A stretch of 64,000 nt of DNA, taken from contig OX597815.1 in the NCBI GenBank assembly GCA_951406725.2, positions 181,164,001-181,228,000 of the forward strand, read 5' to 3'. The notes beneath the pieces are model-generated. The model did not search any database and was not told the origin of the DNA. It saw nothing but the letters and a program-made list of their open reading frames with translations. The stretch comes from Octopus vulgaris (taxonomy: Eukaryota). This document shows positions 56,371-64,000 of the stretch, one piece after another. Made by a program: the position numbers and the translations under genes. Every line of letters starts with the position of its first letter. Position 1 is the stretch's first letter.

Positions 56371-56616
56371 AAAAATAAGCAACAAGAATGAATCCAGTAA
56401 TTTAGTACAATTGTTTCATACTACATCATTTTATTAAAAGCTGTAAATATTACAGCAGATTTAAGATAAAACTTTTATATTATTGGAAAACCTATATAAT
56501 TAGCTGAAGATTACTCAGCATCTTAAATCTGCTGTAATATTTACAGCTTTTAATAAAATGATGCTGTATGAAACAATTGTACTAAATTACCGGATTCATT
56601 CTTGTTGCTTATTTTT
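56371..56616. repeat. ~97-bp inverted repeat within a TA-flanked insert
   Basis: Arms 56371-56467 and 56520-56616, few mismatches; overlaps the hammerhead at 56500-56585. Confidence 0.88.
56500..56585 (+). ncRNA. Type-I hammerhead-like motif with extended stem II
   Basis: TTAG-CTGAAGA-tTAC tc AGCATC..GATGCT GTAt-GAAAC-AATT-GTA^CTAA; palindromic stem III ACAATTGT. Confidence 0.68.
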
Positions 56617-56618
56617 GA

Positions 56619-56667
<49 letters not shown>

Positions 56668-57257
56668 TTACATATACACATACATATATAGCTGATACCA
56701 GGAATTTTATCTGACATCACGACTTATTTACTTCTTAAGTTTGGTACTTATTCTATCGGTGTTTTCTACTGAACTGCTAAGTTATGGAGACGAAAGACAC
56801 AGCAGCATTATTTGTAAAGCGGTAAAGCAGTGGTACAGGGGATGGGGACAAACACAGACACACAAACACATCCAGTCTTCCCGCTATGGTCTTAAGTAAC
56901 ACCAAGTAGTTTAGTTGGCCCTCGTTACGAATAACGGTAGCACAGCGAAAATCGATGTAAGATTTTTCGCCGAGTTTCAAGTCCTCCTGACTTATTAAAG
57001 AAAGTGTGGGAATTATCCAAGAGGCTGACAGGATTTTCTGACTCTTTGTGTTCCCCTACGCCAATGGTACCGCTGTCACCTTTGTAAATGAGGTCGATTC
57101 AGTTGTTAGTAGCCTCGCCGTCACAAGTATCTGGCCTTATCTCCATGTAGAGTACCATTATCGTCCTGATAAAATTTATAATCAATTTTGTTATTGTTAT
57201 TGTAAATTTTGTCGCTGTCGTGTTAGTCGTCATCATCATCATCATCATCATTTTCAT

Positions 57258-57314
<57 letters not shown>

Positions 57315-57867
57315 TTTCATCATCGTTATTGAAAATTAGCCAAATAGCAAAAGGAAACGGAAGAAGAAAATTGTGTGATTTTCCGGAGAGAATAAAAAAA
57401 AAGCACAGAACAAAGAGAAGGAGGTGGGGGAAAAAAATAAATGAACAAAAGCAAATGAAATTAGAATCTGCAGAACGAATGTTACACGAAGCATTTCTCT
57501 CCCACATATGTGAGAAAAAACTAGTGAAAATGGAATATTAAGAACAGCGTGCCCTCTCGTGTCGTCAGAATCTGTAGAAGAATTCTAAATCGTTCCATTT
57601 CAATATGCGTGTTTAGCTCAGAGGTATAAGGGAAGATATTTAGTTATGATATATTTTTTTTCTTTTTGGTTTGCAAGATTCTTTATGTGAATTCGTGTGT
57701 TGAAACATATTTTATTGTGTCCGGAGAGAGTCATTCTGTTTTAATACTCTATTAATTAACACACTCAACGGTTTATTTTCCACTCATTTACTTGTTTATT
57801 TAATTTTTTTTCTAAAATCTTCTTTGTTACTTGCAACCTCTTTAATAGCTGCATGGCAGACACAACA

Positions 57868-58108
<241 letters not shown>

Positions 58109-58171
58109 GGCAATAACAACAACATCGACAAATACCTTAGGAATCAGAACCCAGGTTCGAAATTTCCCCAA

Positions 58172-58217
58172 GACACCTGATGAAGGCTGGAGGGTATATC
58201 AGCCGAAACTTTCTGTT
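58172..58217 (+). ncRNA. Hammerhead motif, damaged stem III
   Basis: GACAC-CTGATGA-A-GGCTG..CAGCC-GAAACTTT-CTGTT. Confidence 0.6.
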
Positions 58218-58344
58218 AACAACAAACAAGATGAGGACAAATGTTCATCGAATGTAAATAATGTAAATAATTCCTCATCACTTAGATATAGAACTGTATT
58301 ACTAATAATATTCCCAATTTCAAAGAAGCACTTTCTCCTGGAAG

Positions 58345-58886
58345 CACAAGGCCTCAAATTTGGAGGAGGGGCGAATCGATTTACGCAACAATTTATCGAT
58401 TCCGAAAGGATGAAAGGCAAAATCAGTCTCGGCGGAATTTGAATTCAGAACGTAGCGGGAGACGAAATACCTATTTCTTTACTACCCACAAGGGGATAAA
58501 CACAGAGGGGACAAACAAGGACAGACAAACGGATTAAGTCGATTATATCGACCCCAGTGTGTCACTGGTACTTATTTAATCGTCCCCGAAAGGATGAAAG
58601 GCAAAGTCGACCTCGACACAATTTTAACTCAGAACATAACGGCAGACGAAATACCTATTTTTTTACTACCCACAAGGGGCTAAACACCGAGAGGACAAAC
58701 AAGACAGACAAACGGATTAAGTCGATTATATCGACCCCAGTGCGTAACTGGTACTTATTTAATCGACCCCGAAAGGATAAAAGGCAAAGTCGACCTCGGC
58801 GGAATTTGAACTCAGAACGTAGCGGCAGACGAAATACCGCCAAGCATATTGCCCGGCGTGCTAACGTTTCTGCCAGCTCGCCGCCT
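58345..58886 (-). mobile_element. SINE family B tandem trimer
   Basis: Same junction as the other multimers. Confidence 0.88.
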
Positions 58887-58887
58887 C

Positions 58888-58967
<80 letters not shown>

Positions 58968-59381
58968 TGTATGTATGTATGTATGTATGTATGTATGTAT
59001 GTATGCATGTATGTATGTATCTATCTATCTATCTATCTAAATGATCAATGGAGAAAAGGCGGCACACATGATCCTTCCTGGCTCTCCTCTCTTGTGAGAT
59101 AAATGTGATTGACATCATACTTAAAGTTCTGTTTGTTTATGCTTGTAAGAAACTGGGGCTACAGAAAGATTTCCAGAGTAACTGAGTTCTAAGTAGGAAG
59201 TCTCGTTGAAGCCGTATCGTTACGACCCTCGTCATTCTTGACTAGAATTTAATGATTTCACTTCATCACGTGTATAATCTCAATTAAAAATTATTTAGGC
59301 TATTTCCGTTAGTTGATAGCGCTCACTTAACAGTAAAGTTTTCATGGAGACAGCGAACTTACAGAATCGCTGGAGTCAATA

Positions 59382-60140
59382 AAGCGGCGAGATGGCAGAG
59401 ACGTTAGCTCGCCGGGCGAAATGCTTTATGGTATTTCGTACGCCGCTGCGTTCTGAGTTCAAATTCCGCCGAGGTCGACTTTGCCTTTCATACTTTCGGG
59501 GTCGATAAATTAAGTACCAGTTACGCACTGGGGTCGATATAATCGACTTAATCCGTTTTTCTGTTCTTGTTTGTCCTTTCTGTGTTTAGCCCCTTGTGGG
59601 TAGTAAAGAAATAGGTATTTCGTCTGCCGTTACGTTGTGAGTTCAAATTCTATGAGGTCGACTTTGCCTTTCATACTTTCGGGGTCGATAAATTAAGTAC
59701 CAGTTACGCACTGGGGTCGATATAATCGACTTAATCCGTTTTTCTGTTCTTGTTTGTCCTTTCTGTGTTTAGCCCTTGTGGGTAGTAAAGAAATAGGTAT
59801 TTCGTCTGCCGTTACGTTCTGAGTTCAAATTCTATGAGGTCGACTTTGCCTTTCATACTTTCGGGGTCGATAAATTAAGTACCAGTTACGCACTGGGGTT
59901 GATATAATCGACTTAATCCGTTTGTCTGTCCTTCTTTGTCCTCTCTGTGTTTAGCCCCTTGTGGGCAGTAAAGAAATAGGTATTTCGTCTGCCGTTACGT
60001 TCTGAGTTCAAATTCTATGAGGTTGACTTTGCCTTTCATACTTTCGGGGTCGATAAATTAAGTGCCAGTTGCGTACTGGGGTCGATCTAATCGACTGGTG
60101 CCCTACCCCAAAATTGCGTGCCTTGTGCCTAGAATAGAAA
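59382..60140 (+). mobile_element. SINE family B tandem tetramer
   Basis: One head followed by four bodies, period 182-184 bp. Confidence 0.9.
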
Positions 60141-60409
60141 AAAAAAATGATTGGTGTCAATGGGAAAATATCTCGTGTCGTTTATTTTAGGTATTTCCAC
60201 TTTGAGTTCAAATTCTTTTGTGGTCCCCTTCGCCTTTGAAGTTTCCTGGGTGGATAGAATAAAGTAGCTTTTCAGGGCCGTGGAATATTTAGAGAGTCGT
60301 GAGGTGATTTGTGATATTTGTTTTAGCTATTTGCATCCTGAATTTGTGCATTTGAGTTAAAATATCTCTCAATTTCCCATCGCACCTGGTGTCTATTGCA
60401 AGTATTTAG

Positions 60410-61100
60410 CTCTGGTTTCAGGGTCGAGACAACTTTCTTTTCTAGAAGGAAACATTCCATAGGAGTGCATTTCCATAACTGGTAAAAAGAACTATGCGGA
60501 AGGCGCCCCTGAGTAATTCTTCTGTTTACTGTAGAGTTTGGTGAGTGAGAAGCAATAGAGGCAAAAATGAGAGGTGCGGTTACAACATGTGGATTTAGAA
60601 GAAGGTTGTACGCAGTACAAAGGAGCAGAACACATAGTAGCGATAAAAGAATAGAGAGAGGAGGAGAAAGATAGGGAGAGAGAGAGAGAGAGAGAGTGGG
60701 AGAGAGATAGAGAGAGAAGGAAGAAGAGCTTATGTTTCATTCGGTAAAATGTTTGTGTAAGATTCGACTTCGTTGATCAGCCTTTTCTATGTAATCTAGA
60801 ATGTTTGCCGAATAGTAGCAGCTGCGTCTCAAATATGTGGGCAATGTTCAAATGTGGGTTGCACCTGTGCTCAACCACAGCTGATTAGATCCGAAATAAT
60901 TCTGACACTGCACTGAAGAGGAAGACTATTCTTTGTGATGCAATTTTGACAATGGCAAAGATGTTCAGGCGACATACAGAAAATTACCCCAGAGCTTGCG
61001 AGGCCGGGAACTTTTAATGAGTTTTGTGTGTCTAATATGCTTTTAATGAACAGAAGAGTCTGTGGGAAATAACTTTCTCGATAAGCACTCTAGCTAGGTT
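60410..61100 (-). mobile_element. Decayed L2/Daphne/Crack-like LINE RT 3' fragment
   Basis: AQVQPTFEHCPHI*DAA and LFYRYY..CS motifs, plus an LWNAL..VFPS-like remnant; interrupted by (GA)n. Confidence 0.6.
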
Positions 61101-62046
61101 TTAGTTCATTTGAAGGAAGTTAGTCAGACTTATGTCAACACTGGGGGTGTTACTTGTAGTTTAAAAGTTCAACGACCGATGCAATGTATTCCTTGATTCT
61201 GTGGCAATTAAAAAAAAGTAACAACGAATTAGGATATTCTACGGAGTTGAAACAAATTGGAAATAAGACATCATATTGCTTTGGATTTAAGTTGTAGGTT
61301 TCAATACATCCTAACGCTTCTAAAGCAAACTCTGTTTGCTTTCATCGTAAGTTGATTTTAACGTTAGCGTCTTATAAAGCTAGATTTATAAATCCTAAAA
61401 TTGCAGGACAGTTAGTTACTGGGCAGTTTAGCTTAAAGGTAAAGCATTTGACGCGTAATCACAGAGATGTGAGTTTGAGTCTCATGGCTGGCCGGTAACG
61501 AATTTTTCTGCAATATATGGATAGTTTATCCTGTTAATGCTATTGTATTAGTATTATCAAGCGTGTGAGAATAAATTATTTCTGTATCTTTATTAACTTT
61601 TAAGATTGTATATCTACCATAGTTTTGATCTGCAGTTAATGAATGAAAATTCTTTTAGTGAATAACCAAAACAATAAGTACAATCCGTTAAATGCTAAAC
61701 TACCCTTTGCCATCATCATAATTATGTTCAACCGTGTCATTCTCAAAGGTTATTCTTTGCCTTTTTTCTCCCTTAAGGCAATTTACTCTCTTGTGCATAT
61801 ATATTGCATATATTTAAGGTCAAGCGTAACGTTAAAGCTTTTACAGCGTTATTTTTATCTCGATTAATTTTATCGGATTCATACCTTGCTTTAACAGTCA
61901 CAATATCTGGGATCTATTAAAACATTTTCCTATCTATTTATTTTCTGCTATTATTTTCTTTGTATGTCTTACTTGTGATCTGTATAGGACCTTCATGTTA
62001 ACTTGTGTTAACATATTAATTGAGTCCTCTAAAATGTGGCTATACG

Positions 62047-62125
<79 letters not shown>

Positions 62126-62195
62126 TAGTTGGTTGGTTGGTCCTTATCGCTGAATCTTCTTTCATTTAGCCTTTACATTGTGTAACAGCAAATAA

Positions 62196-62936
62196 TTACC
62201 GCCACCTTCTCTAAGGTGGAGGTATTGTTTTCAGTCGTGTTTGTCTTTTGTTTCTTTGTCCGTGGACAAGATATCTCCAGAACTACTGAATGGATTCGGG
62301 TGACATTTTCAGGGATATTTGGCCTCGTAGCTGGCACGAACTGATTAGATTTTGGGATCGGTCCGGCACCAGACAAGGATTCTGGATTATTTTGCCGATT
62401 TTTTAACTTAATTTTTGAGAGCGGTCGGAGTCATTTTTAGTATTTTCGTTTGCAGAGCAGTCGAGTTTATTTCAGATATTCTCATTTTAAAAATCATCTC
62501 TGACTAATCGTTGAGAGGACGTTGTTAACTTAATTTTTGAGAGCGGTCGGCGTCAATTTTAGTATTCTAGTTTGTGAGAGCAATCGAGTTTATTTCAGAT
62601 ATTCTCATTTTAAAAATCATCTCTGACTAATCGTTGAGAGGACATTGTTAACTTAATTTTTGAGAGCGGTCGGCATCAATTTTAGTATTCTTGTTTGTGA
62701 GAGCAATCGAGTTTATTTCAGATATTCTTATTTTAAAAATCATCTCTGACTAATCGTTGAGAGGACGTTGTTAACTTAATTTTTGAGAGCGGTCGGCGTC
62801 AATTTTAGTATTCTTGTTTGTGAGAGCAATCGAGTTTATTTCAGATATTCTCATTTTAAAAATCATCTCTGACTAATCGTTGAGAGGACGTCGGTGTTGC
62901 TTTGGCGGCGGTTTGCGCTGTATGAGTGCTCCTGTT
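62196..62936 (+). mobile_element. Helentron-associated (HINE/DINE-1-like) element with internal tandem array
   Basis: 5' ttaccgccacctt..aaggtggaggt inverted motif, GTTT/GTCT-like tract, 3' subTIR ggcggcggt plus hairpin gcgct..agtgc, TT ends. Confidence 0.75.
62403..62890. repeat. 4 x ~123-bp tandem array
   Basis: aacttaatttttgagagcggtcgg starts at 62405, 62527, 62650 and 62773. Confidence 0.95.
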
Positions 62937-63199
62937 ATAATTGGCTTCTTGTAGCATGCAGCATAATCGCTATGAAACCAATAATATGTTATCCTACAGA
63001 ATGAGCTTTCTTTAGTTCGTAAAACATCATACACGTAAATTGTTTCTATCCATTCTAGAGTCAAAGAAAGAATCCGTATGTTCGTATTTGAATAAGACTA
63101 TTGTAGCATATGAACTTATCTATAAAAAAAATGGATAGTTTTCTCCAATATAAAGGAACAAATCTTCTGCGAAAGGTTACAACGATATCTGTGTATATT

Positions 63200-63615
63200 T
63201 ATTTCTTTATTGCCCACAAGGGGCTAAACATAGAGGGGACAAACAAGGACAGACAAAGGGATTTAGTCGATTATATCGACCCCAGTGCGTAACTGGTACT
63301 TATTTAATCGACCCTGAAAGGATGACAGGCAATATCAACCTCGGCGGAATTTGAACTCAGAACGTAGCGGCAGACGAAATACCTATTTCTTTACTACCCA
63401 CAAGGGGCTAAACACAGGGAGGACAAACAAGGACAGGCAAAGGGATTTAGTCGATTACATCGACCCCAGTGCGTAACTGGTACTTATTTAATCGACCCCG
63501 AAAGTATGAAAGGCAAAATCGACCTCGGCGGAATTTGAACTCAGAACGTAATGGAAGACAAAATACTGCTAAGCATTTCGCCCGGCGTGCTAACGTTTCT
63601 GCTAGCTCGCCGCCC
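63200..63615 (-). mobile_element. SINE family B dimer
   Basis: Junction cgaaatacctatttctt at ~63380. Confidence 0.88.
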
Positions 63616-64000
63616 TAAATCTGTGTATATTCCACCTAAAAATTAAGCGAAACTGGTTTCTTCTATTCTTGCTAAATGTAAACCAGTGGTTCTCGTCCAT
63701 TTTTACCTTATGAACCTCTTCGATTCTTACTTTTCTTGGGCTAACCCCCATAACCGTTACATGTTTAAAAAAATATCCTATAGTATTTCTTCAATTAAGC
63801 ATTTTTAGGAATTGTATAAAAAAATTGCTTAAAATACTTTTTGCATTGTAAAAATATAAGCGATTTATTGCACAAAATGAACTTCGCCACCCTAAGAAGT
63901 GAGCACGTGACCGATTTTCTTTTTATTTGAGGTGGGCATGTACATGTTATTTATTTAGTCTGCAGTCACAAGGCGGCGAGCTGGCAGAATCGTTAGCACG

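Noticed and set aside
59382-60140. Regularly spaced repeats as CRISPR-like
   Set aside because: Whole units are identical SINE bodies with no variable spacers

Overview
Repeat-saturated, AT-rich eukaryotic (animal) genomic DNA. The SINE families and extreme microsatellite load look like a coleoid cephalopod, probably Octopus (recognition from memory, not a database hit). I can support no intact host protein-coding gene; nearly all listed ORFs are microsatellite artefacts. The recognisable coding sequence is all transposon-derived: two 5'-truncated Penelope-like elements (PLEs; RT C-terminus plus GIY-YIG endonuclease) lying tail-to-tail on one (TA)n tract, a third PLE endonuclease fragment of another subgroup, decayed RTE-, CR1- and L2/Daphne-like LINE pieces, and an internally deleted mariner. 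There are also four tRNA-derived SINE families (one forming ~183-bp tandem multimers with a recurrent junction), non-autonomous Helitrons/Helentron-type elements, MITEs and a 36-bp minisatellite. The main signal is a dense set of minimal type-I hammerhead-ribozyme-like motifs: about 15 full, damaged or partial copies from about 9 sequence families. They sit in short non-coding inserts embedded in (TA)n or (AAT)n tracts, many of which form fold-back inverted repeats. PLE-associated hammerheads are known in principle; the family diversity, core variants and fold-back form here merit testing. Coordinates of degenerate repeats are approximate.
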